A stretch of DNA of 64,000 bases from Azolla caroliniana (taxonomy: Eukaryota > Plantae > Polypodiophyta). The notes under the pieces are model-generated. The model was not told the origin of the DNA, did no database searches, and was given only the letters and a program-made list of their open reading frames with translations. The position numbers and the translations under genes were made by a program. This document shows positions 32,759 through 47,256 of the stretch, piece after piece; the stretch's first letter is position 1, and the number at the start of each line of letters is the position of its first letter. The DNA lies in NCBI GenBank assembly GCA_043228905.1, contig JBHGNT010000002.1, positions 23,250,001 through 23,314,000 on the forward strand. The letters are read 5' to 3'.

Positions 32759-33619
32759 TATATACATAGAAAGAAAAGAAAGAAAGAAGATAAAAGAGGA
32801 AGGTGAACGTTCTGTCTTTCTATCCAGTTTTCTTCAGAACAAGGTAGAAGGTAACATCTCTTCCTCTTCTTCTTCTTCTTCTTCTTTGGATTAATTTTGA
32901 AAGCCTTCGTTTTTTTTTGTTGTTCTCTTTATCCATCTTTTTAATCTTATTTTCTACATTAGTATTTGAAATTTTTTTGATGGGTCTTCGTCTTAAATAT
33001 ATGCCTTCCTTTTCGTCTATTCTCTTAGCATGTGCTCTGTTTCTAAAATTTAATCTCTAATGTATCTTAGTATGTTTTGAGGCTCTAATTTCTGCTCAAA
33101 AGCTTTTAGATATGTCTATTGGGTAGAGACAGTTAATTGATCATATAATAGACAATCATTTTAGCCAAAAAACTGTTTTTTAGATATTTCATTTTAGCAT
33201 AAAGAATAAATGTTAATAAAATAAGTTTTACAGACATTGATTTAGCCAAAAAAAAAAAACCGACATTAAATTTAGCATAACAATAGGTTATATAGGCATC
33301 AATCTAGTATAAAATTTTCTAACCACAAATATAGGGGGAATGATTCAGGGATTGATTATTATCTATTATGGTTGGTTGTATGTATTGTATCACTCACTGA
33401 CTGATTTACAAAATTACACAATATAAGAACTAATATAATGTATGAAAGTATCTCTACTGTTCATGGATCGATCCAAAATGGATAACTAACTTTTGTGGCA
33501 TTCATTGAATATGCTCTTCGATGTATATCAAACCTGTTACTAGAATAGATTTTTTAGTTATATATACTTGGGATGAAAATTTGTATCTCTGTTGTGGTGA
33601 TTAGTATATCACCATCTTA

Positions 33620-33870
33620 GTGACCATAACTTGTATACTGTCGTAATTATGATGGTTTGTATCTCTTATCAATGGTGGTTTATATCTATTATCTATGATG
33701 ATTTTTGTCTCTTCTTAATGATGACTTGTATCTCTTCTCTATGTTGTTTTGTGTTTCTTATCAATGGCGACTTATATCTCTTCTCTATGATGACTTGTGA
33801 CTCTTATCAATGATGACTTGTACCTCTTCTCTATGATGATTTGTATTCTCTTAGTAAGGATGTATTTGTA
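33620..33870. repeat. Degenerate minisatellite (ATGATGACTTGTATCTCTT core, ~22-24 bp)
   Basis: About 10 imperfect copies, in the probable 5' UTR intron of the cystatin gene. Confidence 0.75.
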
Positions 33871-34128
33871 TCTTAAATTTTGATCAATACTACATTATGA
33901 ATCGACGAATGCATTTGATATTATTGATGAATCTGCACAATTTTTGTCAGAAAAAGTTGGATTTCTGAGATTTGGTTTTAGTGCATAATCTAGTTAGGTT
34001 TTTTCATTCTATAGTTCCATTTCTTGCTGAGACATACCATAAATGAGAAAAACTTCATTTCATTCTTTTGGTCTTTTTGTAGACATTTATGAATGTGTCT
34101 TTTCTTTTCTTTTCTCAATGATTCAGGT

Positions 34129-35276
34129 ATGGATATGGATCGAAACACAGCAAAATACCGTGGTTTTTCCATGGCTATGTTGGGTATTCTAGCAATCATC
34201 ATCGTGTCAATGTGCCCTATCCAATTAATAATGGCTCTTCCTGGAGGAAGAGAGACAATACCTGATGCTCAGAGCAATAAAGAACTACAAAAACTTGCCA
34301 ATTTTGCCGTCACACAATATAGCTCTCAAAAGGTACGAAGGCCTTAATTTTATTGAAAAAAGCTAACTTAGATAGATATTCTCTTATGTCATTCCAGTTC
34401 TATATTTCCATTAAGATCATATTGAATAGAGACATATAAGTTTTGCTTCACTATTAACATATTCATATGATAATAAGTATCATTGGTATGCATATACTAG
34501 ACTTTATCAAGTTGTGATTGATCATCTAAACGTAGCTTTGTTGAACTATATTCTTTGCATATTCTTTACACAAGTGCATTATGATAAACAATAATGATAA
34601 GAAATTAATCAAAAGATTAAGAATTGAATGGAGTAAAGGTGCTTTAACCACCCCAGTACAAAGGACAAGAGACAAATTCAAAGTTCCATTGACATCCCTT
34701 ATCACTGAACATGTCCTTGTACTATACCTGGAACTCAGGCAACAATGGATCTGAAATATGAGAGCTTTTGCCTCACCAACAGAGTCTCTACAACATCTCT
34801 GAGATGTTATGTAAGAATAGTTTGTCCCCTTCATATGGCTGAACTGCTTAGGCTCCCAAACCGTTCCCGCTTATTCTACCTTTAAATTCATCAAAACGAA
34901 ACTTTAACACTGGCCTCCCATTTTATTGTGTTGATGTCTACTCACTTTGTACACATACGTAAACCTTCAGGTTGAAAAAACCATGTGAACGGCCTGCGAT
35001 ATTACCATTTTATCCTATTATTCATGAACAAATGTCATACAATATTGTTACTGTTCTTGGAACTAAAAGATTTGTGTGTGTTTCCAGGGATTGAGACTTA
35101 AATACCTAAAACTAGTTTCAGCGGAGCAACAAGTTGTGTCAGGTGTGATGTATTATTTGCATCTTAAGGCGAGTCCGAAGCGAGGGAAAACCTGTTCATA
35201 TGAAGCTCAAGTTTGGGTACAAGCTTGGAGGAATTTTAAGTCTTTGCAAAACTTTGTGTTGGAACAATGTTCATAA
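34129..35276 (+). CDS. Secreted phytocystatin (cysteine protease inhibitor, ~130 aa)
   Basis: Exons 34129-34332 and 35088-35276 (GT-AG, phase 0). Hydrophobic signal, N-terminal GG, LANFAV (LARFAV-like), QVVSG and VWVQAW motifs. Confidence 0.92.
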
Positions 35277-37313
35277 TCAAAGTCCTTGGCTTGACAGTCT
35301 TTATAAATGATCGATCAATTTATACCAGAAATTGTAATCGTTGTAATGATGAAGTTGTAAGAACGATGATCAATTTTTGGCATAAGACTACTCTGTGCTA
35401 TCTTTTCCAAGGATATGGATATTATGTGTTATTTTGTGTATAAGTAGATCTTTGAGGAGTTTCAAAGTCTTCAAGTGAAAACAATGTTTTGCTAATCAAA
35501 ATCCACATGTTTGCTGCTAATAAGCCCATACTACAGTCGTGTTTTAGTTGGTGTTTCATGATGAAGTGTTTTATTGAACTGAAAAGCTAATTAGCCAATT
35601 CCATGATTTCGCATAAATCGTGCAAAAATCTCTTTTCCTATGGGGAATAAGTTTCTGAAATGAGAATAAGTTTTTGCATTGATTGTAGGGCTTTTTTGTA
35701 ACGTGTTTCTAGAATGTATGTTACATGTTACATGTTACAATGGGCTTATTGTATATTATGATGTTGTGAACTAAAATCTATTAACTGCTTTTTGAAAATT
35801 GTTGATTATTTTTCCCACAAGCATGTAAATCTCTCTCTCTATATATATATATATATAAGCACACAATTATTTATGTTAATTGGATGTAAAAGCCACTTGT
35901 TACCAACTTCTTAGTCTTCTGCACCTACCTATGTAGGGAGAGGGACATCTTGTAAAGCTATTAAAAACCTGAATATGCACTTTGAGGAAATTATCTCCAC
36001 ATGCTCTAACAACCAAAATTTTCACTCAAGAATGCCATCACCATGCATTTGACTTACATTCCACACCCTTTTTGCTTTATGTGATAGTTAAGATAATGAT
36101 GCCATAGCATAATGATATTGTATTGACCTACAACAAGCAATATACCATCAATCCACCCAAAGTGCAACATTTGTTTTCATTGGCCAAATATCCATGCAAC
36201 AATAGTGTATCTTGTAATTTACTCCTAAATAAATCAATAATATGGTGGAATACATAATGATCCTGTCTCTCACACACCATAATTACCTTACCCTAGTGGT
36301 AAGTTGTTACACCGCTAGCTCTAGATCTTGGGTTCGACACCCAATACTCTCACCTCTATTACTCCTCTCCTTAATTTATTGGATACCACTATGGAATGAA
36401 GGGGTTGAACCCATGACCTCCTAGTCTGCGTAATCCTATGTTATTAGTGGGAAACCTGAATATTAGTATAGTAACCTTCACTCAAAAGAACTTGAGTTGT
36501 CGGGTAATATCATGGACCTGGACACAGGCAACGATTGCCTATGTGACTGCAAGAATAAAATAGAATTTATCCATGGCAAGTTGATTAAAGGCCCTATGGT
36601 TGAATGATGACCACACATAGCATAATTCTAAAAATCTTAGCCAATTGAAAATTTGGATGAATTGTGTGGTAGCTTTGGAAATGCAACCAAATATCTATAA
36701 GTTAATTCCAAAATGAAGTTCTGGGGAATAACCACAGAAATGTTGGCTTAACTTAGCCCCTTCCAGAAAATCTGCACTTCTGTAGTACCATCAAAGCAAA
36801 TTAAACCAATTCCATATCTCTGGTATCTTGCTGAGGTAATACATCTTGGTTGGAGATTTATTCCAAATAGTAAAAACCAAAGTATGCAAGTTTAGATTAG
36901 GAAAATTCCTCAAATACTGGATTCAACAATGCACCACAATGTTTTCATAATATAAAATCAGTCCAGCTATGAAAACAGATCACACACATAAAACAATGAT
37001 ATAACCCATCCTTCAACAACATGAAAGAAGAATAGATCAACAAATCTTGTGTTGATCCAAAACAAGATATACATGAGTTAGATATGGAAATTCTGAATAA
37101 CTCCCATGGTATGAAAGATAAAAAACATTTTCGCTAGTCTTTACCATGTACAAAAGAACCTATAAAGTATTCCTTCAAAGAACACCATGCTTTTGTTAAA
37201 CAAAATTCAGCAAAATTCTAGAACTCTTGGTCCTTGAGATAGAAAGAGAGAAGCCTCTAAAACTTTTGCTGAATGTTTTTTCCATAACTTTGCTTCTCTG
37301 CTAGGCATTTTTT

Positions 37314-39380
37314 CTACTTTTTGGAAGATATAGGTTTCTTAAATCCAGGTTTGTATGTTGATCGATATGTTGTCCAAGCATCTGATATGGTCTTCTTCAT
37401 GTCTTCATCTCCATCATCGTACATATTCTGCATGCACAATGAATACATGTTAGCTAAACAAAAGAACAATAAAGAATAAATGCATTGTTTTCGCATCAAT
37501 TAAGCTCCCATAGATAAATTTATGTATAGTTAATTTTACCCTCATCATCTCCATCAATCTAGCCATGGGTTCCTTCTTAGACTCCTCTTCAGACTTGATT
37601 TTTTTGACATAAACAAACATCAATCAAATATGTGTCAATTCAAGATAACAGTAGAACTGAAATAATAAATCCATTGCTGCAGATACAGTATTCATAGGTA
37701 ACCTCTACCTTATCTTCTTTAAAATACAATTCTTTCCAATCCTCCTCTTCGAGTTTCCTCAAGGAGATTATTATTCTTTTAGGCTTGATGATAATTCGAC
37801 AAGCATCAGGATCGATGACTTTATGAAGTTTTTGAATCAAAAACCGATAATTTTTTCCTTCAACATTGTGAATCTTCACTTCGCATGTCCAATCCTCAAA
37901 CTTTGATGTCACGTTCTCTTCCGTAACACCTTCCAAGGATACATAGATCTATATAAAAGAGAGGTGATTAAAAAGAGGATAACTTACAGCAACACTAAAA
38001 TAAGGCTTAAAATAATAGAAAACCACAATCAGAAACTTCATATTTAAGTTATTAACCGTTTTTGGGTTAAAGGCAGTTGACAGTTGTCATGGCTTCCAAG
38101 AGGTTATCTGATACAAAAACTACATTTCAAAGCGAAGTGACACTATAGCCTTAAAACAAAAGGAAACACTCTCACCTATACTCCTGGAAAAAGCTAATGA
38201 AACATAGTTCCATAATTTTCAATTTCTTGAAAGTAGGGGAGAATTACAACAGCTTGCAAAAGTATCAAATAATCCCAAGATTGATGAGTGTTTAAGAGGG
38301 TGTTTGCAAACCTCTGGATTTCTTTGACTTATGAATATACATTTTCACAGCCTTGGAAAAAGTTGAGGCTTCATTACAAGTCCAAAATCCTCCTCAAACC
38401 CCCAACAAGTTTGGTTAAAGAAAAATTTCTTTTAAGACTTCAATGCATTTCAAATTTTAGGCCAAAATGGCCCAGATGGTTCTTTGCACACTAAAATCAG
38501 TTTCAAATTTACAGCAAAAAGTTCCTTGAAGACCAAAATGGTATTCAAAATGGGCAAAGTGTTATAAGAAAATTATAGTAATTACATCACTGCTTGAGAA
38601 TTATAACTAAATAGTTACATACAATAAAACTTAACAAACCCATTTATCTTAAACTAAAACTAACCTTTACTCTTTCACTGTCCTGCTCCCAAGATAGGTT
38701 ATTGAGGGTAACGTAGTGAACTTCAGGGATAGTGGGCCCTTCCTCTGAAGCAGCTCTTAATTCTGCATCAGTAGCAAGCTGGAAACAACGGAGACAAAGG
38801 CGCCAAAGAAGAGATGGAAGAAAACAAAGCTAGGTTTCAAGCTTCAATTGAACAAAATAAAACAAAGAAGAACCCACTTCTTCCACAATACAAATAGAAG
38901 CTAGATACTAAACAAACATCTTAGGAAAACATACACACGCAGCAGAGAGAGAGAGAGAGATACTTCATCAATAATAAACACCATAGATTCTACAGAAAAC
39001 ATCAGCCGGAAAAGAACCATAGAAAATACACAAATAAATAAATTTGGGGAAAACATATAGCCGAGAATGTTTCTAAACTAACAAATAACTAAAAACTTCA
39101 GAGAAAGCCCATATAAAAGAGATAACCAAAATTAACAAGAAAATGAAGAGCAAATCAAAAATTTGTGTTTTTACTTTATTCTCTACTATGTGTGTGTGCG
39201 TGTGTGAAGACAGTGTATAACAGATAACCAAAATTAAAATGAAAATAAAGAGCAAATAACTAACAATTTGTGTTTTTACTAAAAACTTCAGAGAAAGCCC
39301 ATATAAAAGAGATAACCAAAATTAAAATGAAAATAAAGAGCAAATCAACAAAAAAAAAAATCTTTATTCTCTACTCTGGG

Positions 39381-39412
<32 letters not shown>

Positions 39413-39553
39413 GAAAAAAGAGAAGGTAATAGAAAAACAGACCTTTTCTAGGGTTCCAATTTGAGAAGAAAGGAAGAGATGGACGTGTGGACGCTTGGCT
39501 TGGCTAAGGAGGAGCTTGAGCTCTGTTACATCCCTCCTCAAATCACAAGCCAT
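37314..39553 (-). CDS. CACYBP: Calcyclin-binding protein / Siah-interacting protein homologue (N-terminal helix, CS and SGS domains, ~210 aa)
   Basis: Exons 39553-39443 (MACDLRRDVTELKLLLSQAKRPHV...), 38778-38665 (...LSWEQDSERVK), 37948-37709 (IYVSLEGV...GKNYRF...DWKELYFKEDK), 37593-37540 (EPMARLMEMMR), 37427-37314 (NMYDDGDEDMKKTISDAW...*). Confidence 0.88.
39075..39410. repeat. Local duplications in CACYBP intron 1
   Basis: actaaaaacttcagagaaagcccatataaaagagataaccaaaattaa occurs twice; agataaccaaaattaa occurs three times. Confidence 0.85.
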
Positions 39554-41339
39554 GGTAATCCTCTGTCTCTCTCTCTCTATGTATGTATGTATGTATCTAT
39601 GTATAGATAGATAGATAGATAGATAGATATATCCTCTTCTCTGTTTCTTCTCTAGCTCTTTCTCTACTCTCAATCTCTCCTCCTCTTCTTCCCTATCTCT
39701 TCTCTTCTCTTCTCCTTCTTCCAACACAGAACCTACTAATCCTCCTTCAGCTTCTTCTCTGCAATGACCTCAGAGGTTTTCTTTTTTCCAGGATTTATTT
39801 TGTAACAATTACCCATTTTTGGGGGTTTTTTTTTTTTAATTATTTGTTTTTTAAACGATTTATTGCTTAATTAATATTTACCATAAATTTGTATATGAGG
39901 GAGGGAGAGAGAGTATCTTCTCAGACAGGGAGGAGGGTTGAAGATATTTTTCTTTTGGGAACCCCTGTCTTCCTGTGTTCACACTTGTCCGGACAACAAC
40001 AATTAGAAGAAGAAGAAGAAGGAAAAGGAACCGCAAGCCGATTCACACTCTGATTAGATAGATGATGATGATGATTATGTCTAAAGTAATTCTCGCATTG
40101 TAATGGGGCATTGCTCTGTATCACGTTGTCTTTGACATATGTATGTTTTTATCTAAGAGGAGAAGCAAGAATGGTTTGTTATATATATAGACCTATTATT
40201 ACATGAGAATAGCCTTATGCACAATCTATGATTTCTTTTGTCGGGTTTTCAGTCTTGGATGAACAAAAATATCGACCTCATTCGAATAAGTGTTGAAATA
40301 ATTCACACCTCTGGAGACACCTTTCGTTCTGAGTTCTCATTTCGCATACTAAATGAGATATAAATAAGCTTGGGTAGTCGTGGTAGATGATGAGTGGTTT
40401 GTTAACATCTAGACTTTCCAATTTAGGTGAAGGTCTATATCATGTTAAGCTTATTGACTGATTGTACAAACAGCTTGAAGAGAAGTTTATATATTTAGAC
40501 GTCACAAACAACCTTGACCTTTTCGTGTAAGACTTAAGATGGTGTAGTCAAATATGATACCCATGGATTCTTATTATCTCCTTGAATTTTATGGTCAACG
40601 AAGGCTATTGACAAAGTGATGAATTCAATGTGGAAGAAAAGAGAGAATTCTAGTATTTCTTTGTTGACATGGAATCATATTGTACTCCTAAATGACTTGG
40701 CAAGGCAAATATACTGAATTGTATGATCATATGGTGGCCTATAGAGTTTCTTTGCTTAAACTTATCTTTCGAGGCGTACAATCTCAACCAAAAATGGTGG
40801 CATTCTTTCTTAGAAAGATAGGCATTCTTTTTTAGAAACAATGGTTCAGATGAGAAACGGATGGGCTTTAACATGTATTGATGTGTACAGTTTCCCCGCT
40901 CAATGAAGAACATGGTTATGTAGTTTGGTGCAACTTATTTAATATAATGTGTGAAGTGTAAGCATCCACATTTTTACCATGTCATGATACATTGGCATTG
41001 AAAAAATGCCTCATTCACATAGTAATATATTGATGCATCATGAAGCAAGTGTGTTGCATCACATCTTCTGAACCACCTTTATTATATCTTGTATTCAACT
41101 AGAACACAAAATTTTGTTTTTATGTGTCTTCTAGATATTTTTGCTTGTTTTCCATGTGACTCTTGCAAGTCAATGTAGGGGCTTCTTTGAATCTTAAGCA
41201 TGTACCAGAGATGTTACCGCCCATTACTTCCACCCCATAAAGAAGCACCAAAGTCACCAAAGTGTCGAAAAGCTATTTTTTTGAGGATCCAACACTTAAT
41301 TTCTCAATGATTGCATGTGTCCTCAAATACATAATATGT

Positions 41340-41850
41340 TGGCTTTCCTACCTCTAGGTAGTGGGTAGCATATCCTTTCCATCTTTGATTTGAAGGAACT
41401 TCAAGGCCAAGGTACTTAAACTTTCTATAGTTTCAAGTGGTTCATTACTATACATAATGCATGGATTATCCTTATTTTGGCTCTTCACAAGCATCATCTT
41501 TGTTTTAGAGTTATCAACACTCAAGTTCGTAGACATGAAAAACTCTTTCAATGTCCTTATAAGCTTTTGTGCATCTCCTAAAGTAGGCCAAAAGTATGGC
41601 ATCATCTCAACGACTGCATTCCCAATGACAAAGTTCTTCAATGTCGTCTTCCTTTACAAACTTGGCAATCATTTGTTTTAATTCATCAACTCATAGGCCA
41701 AATAGAGTTGGTGACAATAGGCATCCTTACTTAACACCAATAGATGGCTATTGAAAAAATCTAAAATTCTATAGCCCGTACACACACAAAATGTAACATT
41801 CTTACATATTTGGGCAATTGCAAGTATATATTCGCTTGGCACCTCAAGTT
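41340..41850 (-). mobile_element. LINE RT relic
   Basis: GDAQKLIRTLKEFFMSTNLSVDNSKTKMM, the region downstream of YADD (L.VN..KTK-like). Confidence 0.6.
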
Positions 41851-42421
41851 CTTCTAAGGTGACCCTTGATTGAGTGGGAGATGGAAAGACGTTATCATCA
41901 TTTGATTGAAGATCAACCATGTTTGATGGTGAAGTCGAATGTGAATGATGATGGCATGTATGTAGTTGATGTGAGATTACCCTCCCATATTATATTCATG
42001 CAAAAGGGTTTCTTTAACTGCCAATTATGAATGAGTTTCTTTTAGTGATGGCTTTAACACACCAACACGCCACTTAGTTCACTTTGCATTGAGTTTCTTT
42101 GAAGTCGTACTTCGTTGCATTTGTTGGTTCCCCATGTTTCATTTTGTGTCACTTCCTCAATAACCTTGTCTTGAATATGTCCAAAGAAGCTAGTGATTTC
42201 TTCATCATATTTGAATAAATTATTTTAGTATATTTTGTACATGATTAACACACATGCATTAGAAGTTTCAAGGACTTTAGTGTTTCCTTTGTTGTTGTCA
42301 ACTATGTTTTCCTCCTTTCTTCTAATATACATGATCCGCGATCTAATGACATGCATTAGTTTTGTCTACCCATTGTTTAGTAGTTCATCATGGTCGCCAA
42401 AATTGTTATTGTTGGATTCTT

Positions 42422-42783
42422 TGTTAAGAAGGCGTTACGGCTCTTCTTAGTGCACGTCGGATCGTGATGTGCAGGATCGTTTGTGTTCAAGGGAGAAAGA
42501 AAAGGGGAAGGAGACTCACCTCTGAAACATCCCAAAAATGTTCTGTTTCATTACACATAGAAAAAACCTCTCTCGTCTATTTTCTCTTCTTTACACTCTC
42601 CTACTCACTCTTACTTTTTTACCTAAGTATATAAGTGACTTACATATTCAACTAATTAGTTGTGAGTAGCTAAATAGTTGTTTTACCTATATGTCTAATA
42701 GTAGCTAATTTCCTAATAGTTACTAGAGAAGATCTCAATTACCAATAAACATCACATGCTTTTGTTGAGCTTGTTTCTTAACA
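42422..42783 (-). repeat. Copia 3' LTR (362 bp)
   Basis: Direct repeat of 47257-47603 with a 15-bp indel. Confidence 0.95.
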
Positions 42784-42839
42784 CTCCCCCTCAAGCTCAA
42801 CTTATCCACTCTTGAGATCATCTTCAATCTTCTTTTCCA

Positions 42840-45800
42840 TCATGCAGCTATCATATCAATGCTTATAACTCCCATAATGTCCCTAAATTGTGTATGTTTT
42901 TTTTCTATGCTCAGTCCCTTCGTAAGAATGTTAGCAACTTGTTGATTTGTACTCACGTACACTATATCTACTTCTCCATCAATCACTTTTTCTCTAACAA
43001 AGTGATAATGCACTTCAATGTGCTTTGTTCTTGCATGGAACACTGTGTTTTTTGCGGGCTGAATGTTGCTCATATTATCACACCAAAGTTTGACTACACC
43101 ATCTATATACTCTCCCAAATCAGCAAGCAATCTTCTAATCCATACTTCTTCACAAGTGGCAATTGCAGCTCCTCTATATTCAGCTTCAATACTTGATAAT
43201 GCAACAATAGTTTGTTTCTTGCTACTCCATGAAATAGTTACACTTCCCAATGTAAACATATATCCACTTATGGATCTTCTATAAGTTTGGCTTCCAGCCC
43301 AATCAACATCTGTATATCCTTGAAACTTTATGTCCAGATCAGCCCTGTAAAACAGTCAATGGTTTTGAGTAGTTGTTACATACCGCAAAATTCTTCTAAT
43401 GCAATCCAAACGTGGCTTTGTTGGATGTTGCATAAACTGGCTAACTAATCCAACTGCATAACTTAAATTAGGTCTTGTTATAGTCAAGTATATGAGGTTG
43501 CCCACCATAGACTTGCACATGTTCACATCTGCAATTTTTGCTCCCAAATCAGCTCTCAATTTGCAGTTCTTATCTAGTGGTACATCAATAGGTTTGCATC
43601 CAAACATTCCATATTTTTTCAACACTGTTGTAACATATTGTTTTTGCAGCATATATATTCCACATTCAAATATGGTCATATCAATACCAAGAAAGTATTT
43701 CAACTCTCCCAAATCCTTCATATGAAACTGCCTTGCCAAAAAAAAATCTAGTTTGCTTATTTCATCCATAGAATCACCTCCAATGATTAAATCATCTACA
43801 TAAATCAAAATCACAACAATGTAATCATTCACAATCTTTACATACAATGATGGATCAACCTTTGACATTTTGAAAGCAATTTTTTTCAGAGATTTTGAAA
43901 GTTCCTTATCCCATGCTCTCAGTGCTTGTTTTAGTCCATAGAGAGCCTTTTTCAGCTTACAAACATATTTTGGATGCTTCTTATCTTCAAAACCTGGTGG
44001 TTGACACATGTATACTTCAATTTCTAAGTTACCAAGTAAAAAACCATTTTTTACATCCATATGGTGTAGAACCCATCTTTTGGCTGCACTTACAGCAAGT
44101 AGTGTCCTCAAGGTTGCCATTTTTGCAACCAATGCAAAACGACTCATCATAATCAATTCCTTGCATTTGGGCATATCCCTTTGCAACAAGTCTTGCGTTA
44201 TGTCTACTTACATTCTCATTGGAATCATGCTTTGTTTTGTAGACCCATTTGCGACCTACCACATTTTTTCCTTTTGGCAACTTTACCAAATCCCATGTTT
44301 TCTTTTCAACCAATGCATCTATTTCTTCTTGCATTGCATTCACCCATTTCTTCTCAACTTTTTTAAAACTATTTGGATCAGGGATTTGTACCACTTTAGA
44401 CATATATGCATAATGCATAGCCATGTATGTATCATAACCATATCTTTCAACAATTTTTTTCTTTCTATCTAATCTTCTCAGTTTCTGATTTGCATCTTTC
44501 ATTGCTCTTTCAACACCAGGGATTTTCAAGGCTTGTGTACCTAGCTCATCATCCAATGATACATTTGAATCTATATCTTCCATGTTTCTAGATCCTTCAT
44601 CAAACATTTCATATTATGGCATCTTCTCTTTTCCCTTTTTATCATCATATTTTTTATGTCTTACATTTTTCCCACTCCAAGCATTTGAATCAGATTTACT
44701 ACCTGAGTTTGTAGATGGTCCAATACATGCTATCGATGTTGGACTTTGTTGTCCAACCTTATTTCCATTTCCATGGCAATCACTTTCATTTTCAGATTTG
44801 TTTCTATCTTCATTTTCATTGTCTTCATCAGTTTCTCCATTATGTTTTGGGTTGTACCAACTACCCAACTTATCAAATATCACGTCATGGCTTACTACAA
44901 TCTTTTTTGTCAAAGGGTTATAACATTTATACCCTTTTTGCTCCTCTGAATATCCCACAAAAACACATTTTTCAGCTTTTCGATCAAGCTTATTTCTTAC
45001 TTCAGTAGGTACATGAACATAGCCAATGCATCCAAACACTTTTAAGTGTCCTAAACTAGGTTTCCTACCATAGAAACATTTTTCAAGAGTTACTACATGT
45101 ACTCCAGATGTTATGCGTCTATTTAGAATATAATTTGTTGTATTTACAACTTCAGCTCAGTAATACAATGACATAATTTTTTCAGTCATCAAAGCTCTTG
45201 CTATGTTTACCAAAGTTATGTTTTTCCTCTCAGCCACTCCATTTTGCTGTGGAGTATATCTACATGTGAACTATCTATCTTCTTATTCCTTGATTGCATA
45301 GAAAATCATAAATTTCATTTGAGAAGTATTCTCCTCCTCCATTAGACCTTAAACATTTTATCCTCGTTTCGGATTGCTTTTCTACCATGCATTTGAACTT
45401 ATGAAAACACTCAAATACTTCACTCTTCTCTTTCATGAAGTAAACCCATGTTTTCCTTGAGCAATCATCAATGAATGTTACGTAAAACCTGCAACCACCA
45501 ATTGAGGCATTTTTTTGTAGGTCCCCATACATATGTATGTACCAAATCCAACAAGTTTTTGCTTATATGTCCTTCATGAGGGAAAGGCAGCCTATTTTGC
45601 TTTCCATTTTGACACGCTTCACATATTTTGCTCATCTCACAATCTTTCAACTTTGGTAGTCCAGCCACTACATTTTTTCTCAACATATTTTGCAAAGTTT
45701 GCATACTTATGTGTTTGATTCGTTTATGTCACACTTCTACATCTAAGATTACATTCAATCCTCCTGCAAACATGGTTGTGGTCATTTTAGAAGTTTTCCT

Positions 45801-47127
45801 TTTGTTATCAGCTTACCATGTTTCTCTATAAAGCATCCACTTTGCTTAAACTTTACTTGCATTCCTTGCTCTACTATCTGTCTAACAAAAATTAGATTTT
45901 TTGCAAGATTTGGAACATGCATAACATTCAACGTATACTTTGTTTTCCCTCTTTCTTCCCACAATGGAATATCTCCTACATGTTCGATTGTATGAATAGT
46001 ATTGTCACATGTCTGTACATAACTAGGAATATTTGGTTCTCTTAAACTTTCAAACCAATTTGCATGTTCTATCATATGATTAGATGCCCCTGAATCTACA
46101 TACCACATATAATCTTCATTACATCTCTATGAACTTTCAACCATTGTTGCTATTTCATGTTGCATCACAAAAGCACCCTCTTTGTCACAGTTTCCACTAG
46201 TTGAAGCATAGTTATTTTGTTGTCTCTTCTCTCTTTTTTCATCATTTTGCTTTTTATAACATTCAACTTGTGTATGGCTTGTGTATGGCCTAGTTTTCTA
46301 CAATACCAACAACCATCATCACTCAAATAAGTTTGCTTACCTCTGCCTCGATTGCTCCCCCTGCCTCTCATGTTATTTCTTCCACTCATAGCTTGTTGTC
46401 CTTTTCCTTGATAATTATTAGTGGTTCAAGTTGAACCAAATCTGCCATGGCCTCTTCCTCAGCCTCTTCCAACACCATTGTAGAGAGCTTGCCCCTCAGT
46501 TTCAAAGTTCCCTTTGTTTGTATCTTCAATCATATTTCTTTCTTCCACTACTAGCATTGAAACCAGATCTGCAAAACTTGGGATACTATCCCTTGTGAGA
46601 ATGGATGTTTTGAAACTTTTATATTGACGTCCTAAACCCCTTAAGCATACTTCTACTTTATCATCATCTTCTACCTTCACATTAATAGAAGCAAGTGATT
46701 CACATATGCTTTTTATTTCCAAAGCATACTCATTGACTAACATTTTACCTTTTTCCAAGGTATTTCATTCAGCCTTCAACTGAAGTTTTCTTGCCTTTGT
46801 GTTTACTGCAAAAAGTTTCACCAAACTGTCCCAAGATTCTTTTGGAAGCAAAGCATCTTGTATATGTCCAAGCATCGAATCTAAGATGCTAAGTGACAAC
46901 TAATGCAATACTTTTCTTGCCCCTTGATTCCAATATTTAAATGCTTTGATTTGTGCAACAGTTACATTTTCTTCAGGGATCTCTGGAGCCTCTTCTAGGT
47001 CTCCTTCAATGTAATCCCAGTATCGTTTTCCCATCAAGAAATTTGTCATTCTTAATTTCCACACAGGGAATTTGTTTGTATCCAGTTTTTCTGTGACTAT
47101 TTGGCTTCCATTTTCAGATTCAGCCAT
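42840..47127 (-). pseudogene. Copia gag-pol polyprotein broken by many stops and frameshifts
   Basis: Fragments 46900-47127 and 46459-46758 (gag), 45782-46108 (protease), 45275-45532 and 44614-45039 (integrase region), 43356-44189 (RT), 42840-43259 (RNase H, ARTKHIEVHYHFVRE). Confidence 0.93.
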
Positions 47128-47256
47128 CTCTCTGTCAATTTAGGGCTTTAGCTACGATTAACTTCCACAAGAACCTCTCTGATTCAGATCAGCAAATGGA
47201 GAAAATTTCTCAGATCTGTATTGTTCTTCTTTACGAGTAACTTTGCTCTAATACCA

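Noticed and set aside
36290-36430. tRNA B-box-like motifs (GGTTCGAC, and GGTTCAAC on the minus strand)
   Set aside because: No cloverleaf; at best a decayed SINE or MITE.
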